In this document: positions 9,563 through 22,834 of the stretch, one piece after another
Position numbering within the stretch: position 1 is the stretch's first letter
How the letters are laid out: every line of letters begins with the position of its first letter
Assembly: GCA_040285825.1 (NCBI GenBank)
Contig: JAUPSS010000011.1
Coordinates: forward strand, 1,003,658-1,067,657
Length of the DNA: 64,000 nt
DNA from: Eukaryota sp. TZLM1-RC
Lineage: Eukaryota; Protista; Metamonada: BaSk clade
Direction: 5' to 3'
The notes under the pieces: generated by a model
Told to the model about the DNA's origin: nothing
Database searches by the model: none
Seen by the model: only the letters and a program-made list of their open reading frames with translations
Program-made: the position numbers and the translations under genes

Positions 9563-12500
9563 TATTTTTTTCTCCCTCCCTTAGTCAACCCTTTCATATT
9601 TCACTTTCTGTCAAGGCGTCAAAGTCGTACTGTTTCTCTGTCAAAACGATGCCTTTGGCTGATAGTGACTCTGATACTGATTGGAACGCCCAAGCAAAGA
9701 TTCTACCAGTCAGATCAAGCTCATCCATTCCACTTCCCCACTCTCCCCACAATACAAGCTATGCTCGAAATTCATCTCAAAAAATTTTCATTCAAAAACT
9801 GATCATTGTACCAGAAAAAACACAGAAAAACCACCATTACGTTCCTTGCGTTCAGTTGCGCGTTCTATTAACAACTCCGTTTCTCGAAATTTGTTTTCTC
9901 CAGCTGAAACTGCAAAAAGTCAAAAGTCTATTTCTACTTTTAACTCAAAAATTGACAAAATTGAAAGAACTGAAAAAATGAAACCACTGCCATTAAAAGG
10001 TTCTAAAAAATGTTCGATTTGTGGTATCAGTGGTCATAATTCGAGAACGTGCCCTGAGAAACAAAAAAGAGAATTTGAATTAAAATCTGCTCAACAAATT
10101 CTCAAATGTTCTGTTCCAGCTGTTGCCGTTGTGAAAGGTGCTGAAAATAATGTTTCTGACGATCAACAGTTAAATGCTTCTAGTGTTCCCTCTTCTTCCC
10201 CTTCTGAAAACAGTAATTTTTAATGTCCATTTTGCAAAAAAGATGTTGCAGATTCACGAAATGGTCGAAAACTTCTGTTTTGTACGAATTGTAAAGCCGT
10301 TGATACCGTAAGACCCCCGATCCGGATCCCAGTAGAAATAAGTCCCGCCAGCACAATCCCCTTCTCAATGGAAATGAGAAATTTTACTTCTGAATTGAAA
10401 AATAATAAGTGGAATATTTCATCCTTCTGGAAATATTTTGCTAGAAAAACAAAAATTGTTTTAAGAAAAAATTTGGAAATAGAAAAATTGTAAAATCAAA
10501 AATTTGCCGAAAATTGTGCTTACGTGGTCGTTATGGTGCCGCAAAGCAGTCTTTGTTTTCCTCTTCTTTGGCTGATGTAAACTCTGATACTCTTGAAAAA
10601 CTCCAAAAGTTGCATTCTCAAGGAAATTTCAAGTGCAGCAAGCCTGAAGTGTGTCCTTTTTGGATTGAAAATCCTATTACTGCAATTGAGGTTCTTAAAG
10701 CTATTCAAAAATTACCTAAGGGGAAAGCAGCAGGCCCATCTGGAATTTCTTTTGATCTCTTAAAAATAGCGTGTTCCAGTGCTCCCGAAATTGCTGATGA
10801 TCTAGCCCACTATTTTCAACAATTAATTGTTTTGAAAATAAATCCTCCATTTGAATTGCTCGCAGCACGTCTGATTGCTTTAGTAAAGCCTGGAAACGGA
10901 ATCAAACCTGATGGAATACGCCCAATTGCTGTTGGTGAATCTCTTTCTCGTTTGCTGGCATCAATTGTCTTCGATCGTGTCAAAGACAAAGCCTCTACAT
11001 TTTTGAATCCTCATCAATTTGGAATCAAAACAATTGATGGTGCTTCTGTTGCTGCTATTGCCTCTGATACCTTTTTTAATGCAGAGGAAAATAATTTTAT
11101 TTTTAATCTCGACTTTAAAAATGCTTTTAATTCTGTAAAGCGAGAAGCAATTTTTGAAGTTATTAAATCTGATTTTCCTGAGCTATCGAGTTTTTTCTAC
11201 CATTTTTATGGTAAAGAATCAGATTTGATTTTTAATTCATTTGCTCTTAAATCATCTTCTGGTGTGAAGCAAGGTGACCCTTTAGGTCCATTATTGTTTT
11301 GTTTGGCTATTCACAAAACTTTAAATATCATTAAGCAAAAATACCCTTCTATAAAAATAGTTGCTTATATGGATGATATATCCTTGATTGGTTCATTTGA
11401 TTTACTAGAATTGGTTGCTCAAGAAATTGCCGATTCATATGAAAATATTGGGCTTCATCTTAATGCCAGCAAATGCCTTCTGATTGGCTCTTCTGCTCAA
11501 GACCTCGTGATAAACGATTCTATTGTCCCTTTTACTAATTATAGTAGTGATGCTTTTTAAGTTCCTTGGTTGTTGGTTAGGAAATGTGCCTCAAATTCAG
11601 AATGAATTGCAAGTTATTTTGGAAAAAAATGAAAATTGAACTTGATTCAATTTCTTCTTTAGATATAGAAAAGCATATTAAATTTTTTTATGCTTAAAAT
11701 TTGCTACACTGGGAGAATAACCCACATTTTGAGATCTTGTGCTCCTTCCATAGCATTAGATTTTTGTCGTTCTTTTAATTCATTGAGAACAGAATTTTTT
11801 TGCTGATTTATTGGATGTAGAACCAGGAATGTTGAAAAGCCATTTATTTTCTTCAGCAAATTTGGGGGGTATTGGATTTACTAAATCTTCAATTTTGTGT
11901 CAATCAGCATTCTTGGGTGGTGGCAAAAATTTTATTTATGAATTTTCTCGTAGATTTCCTGATGATTCTCATCTGTTAGTCCCCAATTGTAGTCCCTATT
12001 TGTATGAGTTATCTTGTGAACTTGAAAAATTACCGCCACAAATTTGGACCAAATGTTTTCCTCAATCAATTCAAGAAATTCCAAACCGATCTCTATTTAA
12101 TTTACAGTTTTGCTGTAAAAAGCTTCAACAAAAATTGTCAAAGATTTTTGAAAGCTTGGATTTTGATGTTAGACTTGGCTTGGCCAAGAAAAAGAATCCC
12201 GCTTTTGCAAATCTTTTACAAGATATGTGTGACAGTACTTCTTCTGCCTTAGTAACAACAATTCCACAAGTTTATGGTACTCTCTTATCCGATTCTGCTT
12301 GGACTCTGAATATGAGATTTCGTTCCTTTATCTGGCCTGATAATTTACCTCATAATTTAATTTGTAAATGTTCTCGAGAAATTACAACTACTCATTTGTT
12401 AAATTGTAAACATTTTATTACTTTTAGAAACAAGGTTCATGATGCTGTAAGAGACCAGTTATATTGTATGTGTAAATCTCATAGAATTGAATCCTTCTTG

Positions 12501-13049
12501 GAACCTTTGTTGTCAAATCTGTTTGATGCTGAAAATGATATTCATCAGAATAATAGAGGTGATGTCATATTACCTGGATTAGATGGAAGCATCATTTTAT
12601 TGGATGTAAAGCCTGTTGATCCTTGTAATGCCTCAAATGAAAGGCTTGTTAATTCTGAAATTCATAATCCCCTTTCAAATGCTGAAAATTTTAAATTCAA
12701 AAAATACAATGAACCTTTGTCCAAATTGGCCAGTCTACAGCATGCAAAATACAATTTGTATCCATTTGTATTTTCCCTTTTTGGTTCACTTGCACCAACT
12801 GCTTTACGTTTTTTGGATGATTTTGAAATGATTGTAAAGAGAAGAACTGGCAGAAATTTCAACAGATTGTTTTGGCAAAATAGAATTGTGTTTTCTATTT
12901 TTAAGGGGATGTTGAAGATGGTTTCTGATGCTTTGCTTTCTCTTGGATCTCACTATGAGAGAGTTGCATCTAGTGTTTTTGTTTTGGGAGAGATGGATTT
13001 TTTTAGATGTTGATTTATAGGTTTAGAATAAAATTAAATTTTAAAAAAA
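9563..13049 (+). mobile_element. Full-length subfamily A RLE non-LTR retrotransposon (about 3.5 kb, single ORF of about 1120 aa when repaired) inserted antisense into B
   Basis: Runs from the 5' UTR to the A-tail. TSD AAATCAATCAAAAA at 9546-9559 and 13047-13060. RT ORF 10514..11560, RLE ORF 11811..13013. Confidence 0.93.
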
Positions 13050-14716
13050 TCAATCAAAAATTGGCAAAAGCAGGATTTTCTTTCTTAGCCGTGCTAAGTC
13101 GAACAATAAAATCCTTGTTTTCAAAATTTTTCAAAAGATGTCGTTGGAGCTTTTTCAACGCAAATTTTAATGAATATAAACTTCTGTCTGGAATTTCTTG
13201 AATGGATATGGGGAAACATGATTGCCATAAGTCGGGAGATAAACTGGATATTTCTTGTCTTAAGTTATCCAGGAATATGCTATTTGTATTTTCAAGAAGA
13301 TTTTCGGCAAAGGATATCTTCTAGAGAATTCAAATACAAAATTTTTCCACCACCAATAAATGCAGCTTTGGTCAAATATTTTGATGAATTGAATCCAACA
13401 CCGCCAAGTTGAACATCAGAAAAATATGATTTTTCAAAATTGATGGATCAACAGACATTAAATAAGCCAAAAATTGGGTACGTATTTTGTTAAATTGTCT
13501 ACAAAAATTGTAAGTTAGGGATGGAGGTAATGATCGCAGTAAATGAGTAATTTTTCCAGCATAACAAATTGTCAAAAGAAAAAACTTAAGATGTTTTTCC
13601 AATTCAAGAGTCTTTATGACTTCTAGCTCTTTTTTAATTGAATTTAAATAATTTTCAAGGCTGTCAAGTGTCTTTTCGGCGGAACCTAAATAGCAACCCA
13701 GAAAGCAGAAACTAGTTGAAGTATAATCAATATATGGAACTTCGAGGGAATTAATTATTAACTTAACATTTTTTCTAGAAATACAAAAACATTTTTGAAC
13801 ATTCAAATCAAGACCTATGGATTGGTATAATGTAGCAGCTTCATTAGCAACCCTATTAATTGTACTTTCTGGACCAATACTAGAAATGTCATCCATGTAA
13901 GCTACCACTTGAAGGTCAGAATTTTCTTCTTTTAATTTTTTCAAAATTGGGTGAATTGCAAGACAAAAAAAGAAAAGGACCTAAAGGGTCTCCTTGTTTA
14001 ACTCCTGATAAAGAATCCAGATTAAAAGAATTAAAAATTAAATCAGATGAATTACCATAAAACCTATAAAAAAAGGTTTCGAGTTCAGGAAAATTTGATT
14101 TGATTTCTTTCCAAATTGAATCTCTTTTCACTGAATTGAAAGCATTTTTGAAATCAAGATTAAAAATGCAACTATTTTCGTGACAATTGAAAAACAGATC
14201 AGATGTCAAAGCTGCAACTGAAGCTCCATCTATAGTTTTGATTCCATATTGGAATGGAGAAAAGTATTCTTTAGCTTTTGTTGAAACTCGATTAAAAATT
14301 ACTGAAGACATCAAGCGATAAATGGCTTCACCAATGGCAATTGGGCGAACTTTTCCATTAGGTTTAGTTAAAGCCACTAACCGTGATGCACTTAATTCTT
14401 AAATTAAAAAAAAATTCTTCGGGTGGAACAATTTTCATTGTCCAAACATCTTGAAAAAAGGAACATAAATCTTTAATAATAAAGGCATTTTGGCGGCACA
14501 CAGATTTCAGCATATCAAAAGTAATTCCCGATGGACCTGGAGCTTTTCCAGATGGAAGACGGAAAACGGCAGTTTCAACTTCTTTTTCAGAAAGTGGATT
14601 TTGTTTCCAAAATTGTGAAGCAGATGGTTTATCCAAATTCAGAAATTCAGCTGGATGCAGATCTACTAATTGATTTACAGTTTCATTAGTCACAGGAGCA
14701 AGATCAGATGAGAACA
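13047..14716 (-). mobile_element. Subfamily B, RT region (continuation of the copy split by A), 5'-truncated
   Basis: ORFs 13372..13944, 13916..14377 and 14364..14717 with KVRPIAIGE, QGDPLGP and YMDD. Confidence 0.9.
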
Positions 14717-14718
14717 AC

Positions 14719-16039
14719 CAATCCCTAACTTACAATTTTTGTAGACAATTTAACAAAATACGTACCCAATTTTTGGCTTATTTAATGTCTGTTGATCCAT
14801 CAATTTTGAAAAATCATATTTTTTCTGATGTTCAACTTGGCGGTGTTGGATTCAATTCATCAAAATATTTGACCAAAGCTGCATTTATTTGTGGTGGAAA
14901 AAATTTTGTATTTGAATTCTCTAGAAGATATCCTTTTGCCGAAAATCTTCTTGAAAATACAAATAGCATATTCCTGGATAACTTAAGAGAAGAAATATCC
15001 AGTTTATCTCCCGACTTATGGCAATCATGTTTCCCCATATCCATTCAGGAAATTCCAGACAGAAGTTTATATTCATTAAAATTTGCGTTGAAAAAGCTCC
15101 AACGACATCTTTTGAAAAATTTTGAAAACAAGGATTTTATTGTTCGACTTAGCACGGCTAAGAAAGAAAATCCTGCTTTTGCCAATTTTTGATTGATTTG
15201 AAGGACAGTTCATCTGCAGTTTTGATAAATCAAATTCCCCAGATTTATGGTCTATTTTTGAATGACGACCAATGGACCACTGCTATGAGAATGCGTTGTT
15301 ATTTATGGCCTTGTAATTTGCCCAATGATTTGTTTTGTAAATGTGGAGCTGGTTTGACATTATCACATTTATTTAATTGTAATAGATATATTTCCTATCG
15401 TTCTACGTTGCATGATGCAGTCAGAGATCAAATCCATGCAATGTGTAATTCCTATCATATTGAATCTTTTGTAGAACCTTTGTTGAGGTCTCTTGATATA
15501 AATGAAAGCGTAAGAGATTCAGAATATGGAAAACGACGTACTGATGTTGTTGTGCCCTCGTTTGATGATGTCATGAATGTTGTTGATGTTGTAACAGTGG
15601 ATGTTTGCAAGAAAAATGCCTTGAAAAATGCTCAATCCGAAGTATCCCCCCTTGATGACTCCGAATTGTACAAACGGAAAAAGTATGCAAATCCTTTAAA
15701 AGAATTGAAACATGTTCGCCATGTAGATTACCAAAATTGCCCATTTGCTATATCGTTGTATGGTCGTCTTGGAAAAACTGCTTTGAATTTTATTGATGAT
15801 TTTGAAAATCTTGTGAAAAAAAGAATGAATAAGCGTTTTGATCGTCGCTTGTGGCTAAATCGTATTGTTTTTACTATTTTCAAATCAATTCCTAAAATGA
15901 TTTCGAAAGCTTTAATGTCTGTCAGTGCACATTATGAAAACATTGCTGCTGTAAGGTTTGATGGTGTGGAAGCTTGTTTTGAAGATATTGACTTTTAGAC
16001 TGTGGTTTTGAAAATAAATTAAAAGTATGTTAAAAAAAA
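14719..16039 (+). mobile_element. Subfamily B, 3' half with A-tail
   Basis: ORFs 14773..15192 and 15189..15998 (CKC..HLFNC, RRxD, DV..E..KRKKY). Confidence 0.9.
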
Positions 16040-17670
16040 GTTAGGGATGGAGGTAATGATCGCAGTAAATGAGTAATTTTTCCAGCATAACAAATTTTCA
16101 AAAGAAAAAACTTAAGATGTTTTTCCAATTCAAGAGTCTTTATGACTTCTAGCTCTTTTTTAATTGAATTTAAATAATTTTCAAGGCTGTCAAGTGTCTT
16201 TTCGGCGGAACCTAAATAGCAACCCAGAAAGCAGAAACTAGTTGAAGTATAATCAATATATGGAACTTCGAGGGAATTAATTATTAACTTAACATTTTTT
16301 CTAGAAATACAAAAACATTTTTGAACATTCAAATCAAGACCTATGGATTGGTATATTGTAGCAGCTTCATTAGCAACTCTATTAATTGTACTTTCTGGAC
16401 CAATACAAGAAATGTCATCCATGTAAGCTACCACTTGAAGGTCAGAATTTTCTTCTTTTAATTTTTTTAAAATTGGGTGAATTGCAAGACAAAAAAGAAA
16501 GGACCTAAAGGGTCTCCTTGTTTAACTCCTGATAAAGAATCCAGATTAAAAGAATTAAAAATTAAATCAGATGAATTACCATAAAACCTATAAAAAAGGT
16601 TTCGAGTTCAGGAAAATTTGATTTGATTTCTTTCCAAATTGAATCTCTTTTCACTGAATTGAAAGCATTTTTGAAATCAAGATTAAAAATGCAACTATTT
16701 TCTTGACAATTGAAAAACAGATCAGATGTCAAAGCTGCAACTGAAGGTCCATCTATGGTTTTGATTCCATATTGGAATGGTGAAAAGTATTCTTTAGCTT
16801 TTGTTGAAACTCGATTAAAAATTACTGAAGACATCAGGCGATAAATGGCTTCACCAATGGCAATTGGGCGAACTTTTCCATTAGGTTTAGTTAAAGCCAC
16901 TAACCGTGATGCACGTAATTCTTTGGGTGGAACAATTTTCATTGTCAAAACATCTTGAAAAAAGGAACATAAATCTTTAATAATAAAGGAATTTTGGCGG
17001 CTCACAGATTTCAGCATATCAAAAGTAATTCCAGATGGACCTGGAGCTTTTCCAGATGGAAGACGGAAAATGGCAGTTTCAACTTCTTTTTCAGAAAGTG
17101 GATTTTGTTTCCAAAATTGTGAAGCAGATGGTTTATCCAAATTAAGAAATTCAGCTGGATGCAGATCCACTAATTGATTTACAGTTTTATCAGTCACAGG
17201 AGCAAGATCAGATGAGAACAGAGCGTTTTTCCCTCAACATATCTCCCACGTAGCAAAAGTTTTCGTACAGTCTTATTCTTGGGTTGTTTCTTTGGAGTGA
17301 AAACCTTTTGGGGGCGAGAACCTGATTTTTGTTCAAGGAAGAATTTCCAAATAGAAAATATATCCCATTCTCCTTTTTTCAAAGCAAGACTGAATGTTCT
17401 AAACGCAACAGAAAAGGGAACGGAAGCCTTGGGACTGAGAACATTCGGAATCTTACATGGAGGCCGTAATGTATCAAGCGAGGAGCAAACATGGCATACA
17501 TATAAATTATTTTTTAAAATATATCTTTCAGCTTTTTCATTACAAATAGCACAATTATCAATTTGACTTGCTTCAAGGGGAATATCTAACATCACTGCAT
17601 CATTGTCTTCTGCAGTGCACTCATCTTTGGGAGGTAAATTAAATTCTAAATTATTTAATTCAGCAATTTA
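16039..17670 (-). mobile_element. Subfamily B, 5' and RT half
   Basis: ORFs 16030..16434, 16562..17197 and 17194..17595 (CAIC..CHVC zinc ribbon, RT motifs). Confidence 0.88.
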
Positions 17671-18287
17671 GTACGTGTTACAACAGAGCTTCTTTGGGTC
17701 TGACAAGAGGTGATCTAGTTGTTCCTGGTTTAAATGGTTTTTTTACCAAAATTTTAATTTTATTCAAAACCTATAAATCAACATCTAAAAAAATGGTTTA
17801 AATGGTAGTTTTACTATTTTGGACGCCATGTCTATTGACCCTTGTAATTCCTCTAACGAACATCTCATTAACTCGGATGTAAATAATCCTCTTCTTGCAG
17901 GCGAAAAACATAAAATTGCTAAATATGCGAAACCCATTTCCTCGGTTAATGAAAATACTCATGCCCAATATAATTTATGTCCATTTGTTTTTTCTTTCCT
18001 TGGATCTCTAGGTAAGGCTGCTATGGCTTTCCTTGAGGATTTTGTTGTAGTTGTAAAGGAAAGAACTGGAAGAATTTTCAATCGTGTTTACTGGCAAAAC
18101 AGGATTGTATTTTCTATTTTTAAGGGAATGGTAAAACTAATTTCTGATTCACTATCTTCTTTTGGGAAATTTTCTGAATCTTTAGCAATTAATTGTTTTG
18201 ATGTAGAGGAGGCAGGTTTTGAGGATGTGGAGTTTTAATTGTATATTTCATATTTGTTGTTGAATAAAAATAAAAATATTAAAAAAA
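17670..18287 (+). mobile_element. Subfamily C 3' (RLE) fragment carrying a 55-bp subfamily A tail insertion at 17739-17793
   Basis: ORF 17819..18238 and an A-tail. The insertion is flanked by TSD TGGTTTAAATGGT at 17726-17738 and 17794-17806. Confidence 0.85.
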
Positions 18288-21200
18288 GATTTTTTCTGCA
18301 ATTTTGCAAAAGTCAGTGGTAAGGAGAGCAAGCTTCTTGAAGGAAGTTCCACAATATCAGAGGGGAAACATTTAGCCCAAATATTGGGTGAAAGAGTTTC
18401 AATTGCCTGTTGCAAAGAAATAAGATAAAAGCTGCCACAATTTTCAATGAAATGAATTTTTTCAGGAAAACGATTCACAAATTCATAAATAAAATTCTTT
18501 CCACCTCCTATAAAGGCAGCATTACAAAGGTAGCTTGATTTATGAAAATCAACACCACCAACATTTGTACCACAAAAAATGTGGCTTCGTAACTGAGATG
18601 CATCAATTTCCAATAATTTTGCTAAAAAATTGGTTCTTTGTTCAATAAAAATGCTACAAAACTCCAAAAAAAATTGATGGTGATGTAGATCTCAAAATAT
18701 GAGTAAATTTTCCAGAATAACAGATTTTTAGGAAAAAGAATTTCAAATATTTCTCAATATTTAAATTTTCTATTGATTCTAATTCATTTCCAAATTGAGT
18801 CAACAGAGTCGAAAGTTGGCCTTTGACTTCTTCAAAATTTCCGAGATAACAACCCAAAAAAACGAAAACCAGACTGATTATAATTGATGAAGGGGACATT
18901 GACATCATTAATGAAAAAATAAATTGGTTCATGGCCAATAACCAAACATTTGGAGATATTCAATGAGAGACCGTCATTTTCCGTCTTCCATCTGGAAAAG
19001 CTCCAGGTCCATCTGGAATTACTTTTGATATGCTGAAATCTGTGTGCCGCCAAAATTCCTTTATTATTAAAGATTTATGTTCCTTTTTTCAAGATGTTTT
19101 GACAATGAAAATTGTTCCACCCAAAGAATTAAGTGCATCAAGGTTAGTGGCTTTAACTAAACCTAATGGAAAAGTTCGCCCAATTGCCATAGGTGAAGCC
19201 ATTTATCGCCTGATGTCTTCAGTAATTTTTAATCGAGTTTCAACAAAAGCTAAAGAATACTTTTCTCCATTCCAATATGGAATCAAAACCATTGATGGAG
19301 CTTCAGTTGCAGCTTTGACATCTGATCTGTTTTTCAATTGTCACGAAAATAGTTGCATTTTTAATCTTGATTTCAAAAATGCTTTCAATTCAGTAAAAAG
19401 AGATTCAATTTGGAAAGAAATCAAATCAAATTTTCCTGAACTCGAAACCTTTTTTTATAGGTTTTATGGTAATTCATCTGATTTAATTTTTAATTCTTTT
19501 AATCTGGATTCTTTATCAGGAGTTAAACAAGGAGACCCTTTAGGTCCTTTCTTTTTTTGTCTTGCAATTCACCCAATTTTGAAAAAATTAAAAGAAGAAA
19601 ATTCTGACCTTCAAGTGGTAGCTTACATGGATGACATTTCTTGTATTGGTCCAGAAAGTACAATTAATAGGGTTGCTAATGAAGCTGCTACATTATACCA
19701 ATCCATAGGTCTTGATTTGAATGTTCAAAAATGTTTTTGTATTTCTAGGAAAAATTTTAAGTTAATAATTAATTCCCTCGAAGTTCCATATATTGATTAT
19801 ACTTCAACTAGTTTCTGCTTTCTGGGTTGCTATTTAGGTTCTGCTGAAAAGACACTTGACAGCCTTGAAAATTATTTAAATTCAATTAAGAAAGAGCTAG
19901 AAGTCATAAAGACTCTTGAATTGGAAAAACATCTTAAGTTTTTTCTTTTGAAAATTTGTTATGCTGGAAAAATTACTCATTTACTGCGATCATTACCTCC
20001 ATCCCTAACTTACAATTTTTGTAGACAATTTAACAAAATACGTACCCAATTTTTGGCTTATTTAATGTCTGTTGATCCATCAATTTTGAAAAATCATATT
20101 TTTTCTGATGTTCAACTTGGCGGTGTTGGATTCAATTCATCAAAATATTTGACCAAAGCTGCATTTATTGGTGGTGGAAAAATTTTGTATTTGAATTCTC
20201 TAGAAGATATCCTTTGCCGAAAATCTTCTTGAAAATACAAATAGCATATTCCTGGATAACTTAAGAGAAGAAATATCCAGTTTATCTCCCGACTTATGGC
20301 AATCATGTTTCCCCATATCCATTCAAGAACTTCCAGACAGAAGTTTATATTCATTAAAATTTGCGTTGAAAAAGTTCCAACGACATCTTTTGAAAAATTT
20401 TGAAAACAAGGATTTTATTGTTCGACTTAGCACGGCTAAGAAAGAAAATCCTGCTTTTGCCAATTTTTTGATTGATTTGAAGGACAGTTCATCTGCAGTT
20501 TTGATAAATCAAATTCCCCAGATTTATGGTCTATTTTTGAATGACGACCAATGGACCACTGTTATGAGAATGCGTTGTTATTTATGGCCTTGTAATTTGC
20601 CCAATGATTTGTTTTGTAAATGTGGAGCTGGTTTGACATTATCACATTTATTTAATTGTAATAGATATATTTCCTATCGTTCTACGTTGCATGATACAGT
20701 CAGAGATCAAATCCATGCAATGTGTAATTCCTATCATATTGAATCTTTTGTAGAACCTTTGTTGAGGTCTCTTGATATAAATGAAAGCGTAAGAGATTCA
20801 GAATATGGAAAACGACGTGCTGATGTTGTCGTGCCCTCGTTTGATGATGTCATGAATGTTGTTGATGTCGTAACAGTGGATGTATGCAAGAAAAATGCCT
20901 TGAAAAATGCTCAATCCGAAGTATCCCCCCTTGATGACTCCGAATTGTACAAACGGAAAAAGTATGCAAATCCTTTAAAAGAATTGAAACATGTTCGCCA
21001 TGTAGATTACCAAATTTGCCCATTTGCTATAACGTTGTATGGTCGTCTTGGAAAAACTGCTTTGAATTTTATTGATGATTTTGAAAATCTTGTGAAAAAA
21101 AGAATGAATAAGCGTTTTGATCGTCGCTTGTGGCTAAATCGTATTGTTTTTACTATTTTCAAATCAATTCCTAAAATGATTTCGAAAGCTTTAATGTCTG

Positions 21201-21387
21201 TCAGTGCACATTATGAAAACATTGCTGCTGTAAGGTTTGATGGTGTGGAAGCTTGTTTTGAAGATATTGACTTTTAGACTGTGGTTTTGAAAATAAATTA
21301 AAATTAAATTAAAAAAAATATCTTCATAACGTTGTTGAATATCAGTTGCTATTTGTTTCAGAATTTCAATAGGAGCAATTACAGAAA
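18288..21387 (-). mobile_element. Subfamily E fragment, split by a B insertion
   Basis: 18288-18975 and 21319-21387 match the E copy at about 62820-63575. Confidence 0.8.
18976..21318 (+). mobile_element. Subfamily B, 5'-truncated copy (RT plus RLE) with A-tail
   Basis: ORFs 19030..20232 and 20366..21277. Confidence 0.92.
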
Positions 21388-21890
21388 TTTTTTTACTTAT
21401 TTATTTTGATTCAACAACAAATATGAAATACACAATTAAAATTATACACAATTAAAACAAATTAAACACAATTCAAATTATACAAAAAAATAGGGACTGC
21501 AATTGGGAACTAACAGATGAGAATCATCAGCAAATCTACGAGAAAATTCATAAATAAAATTTTTGCCACCACCCAAGAATGCTGATTGACACAAAATTGA
21601 AGATTTAGTAAATCCAATACCACCCAAATTTGCTGAAGAAAATATATGACTTTTCAACATTCCTGGTTCTACATCCAATAAATCAGCAAAAAATTCTGTT
21701 CTCAATGGATTAAATGAACGACAAAAATCTAATGCTGTGGAAGGAGCACAAGATCTCAAAATGTGGGTTATTCTCCCAGTGTAGCAAATTTTAAGCATGA
21801 AAAATTTAATATGCTTTTCTATATCTCAAGAAGAAATTGAATCAAGTTCTTTTACATTTTTTCCAAAATAACTTGCAATTCATTCTCAAA
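21388..21890 (-). mobile_element. Short C tail followed by a subfamily A internal fragment
   Basis: Reverse complement of the C 3' UTR at 21388-21440. ORF 21478..21798 matches the A thumb region. Confidence 0.75.
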
Positions 21891-22834
21891 TGAAAATCAT
21901 AAATGCTGTCAATTTAGAATGAATGAAAAATCAAAGTTGGCTTCAGTTCATGTTTATGGCAATCTCAGAAAAGCCCATTTATGTTAATGATAATATAAGA
22001 TAAGAGCAAATGAAAACAAATAGCGTCTTGTTTGTTTTCGATTTCTGCTGAATGAAAAAATGAGGGAACAATTCTCCTAAAGCAACTTCAAAAATATGGA
22101 AAAAAAGAATTTGAAATAACTGAAAACTCAACCAAATACTGAGTTGTTTAAAACAACAATCAAAACTCCTCATTCAAAGACAAATAGATTGTAAATGTCT
22201 GAATAGATGAAAATAACTAGATCGTCAAAGAAAATTGCACTGAAAAATAAATAAATGGACAATTATTATAAAATTCTCAATACAATAAATGAAACCTGAA
22301 ATAATATCATTAATTAGCAAATCACTCATCAGATCAATCGCATCAATTGCTTGTGGAATTCAATTGTGAAAGAATGAGCACTGTGTTGTTCAATGTCATG
22401 CATGGAATGAAAAGAATTAACATAAAGTAGGATTGTGTAAACAATGAAGGGCGGTTTGAGTAGTATAGTAGTCAAACACAAAATGTATACCCAGTGCTTT
22501 ACAGTCTATGTCTTCAATGATACTGACAACAGAGGAACAGTTTTTTTCAGTTACAAACGTACATTTGTAGAAAAGTAGGAAATTTAAAATGGGGAAAGAA
22601 AAACACCCGAGTCAAAGTCAATGCTGATCGAGTAACATAACGAACACTAGGAATGGATTGTGTAATTGTAGAACTTAGACTGTGTTTTGAACGGAATGGA
22701 TTGTCAGAAGTTTTATCATTGTCTACTGGTTGACAAAATTGGAATTGAAAACGTATACATATCGTTTAAATGGCAACTCTGCGTCAAATTGATTCACATA
22801 CGTGCATGTTGAAATGTTAAAATAATTTTTTTTA

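Noticed and set aside
21890-22830. Unique-looking segment between retroelements
   Set aside because: I could not build a convincing ORF, exon chain or RNA structure, so it is left unannotated.
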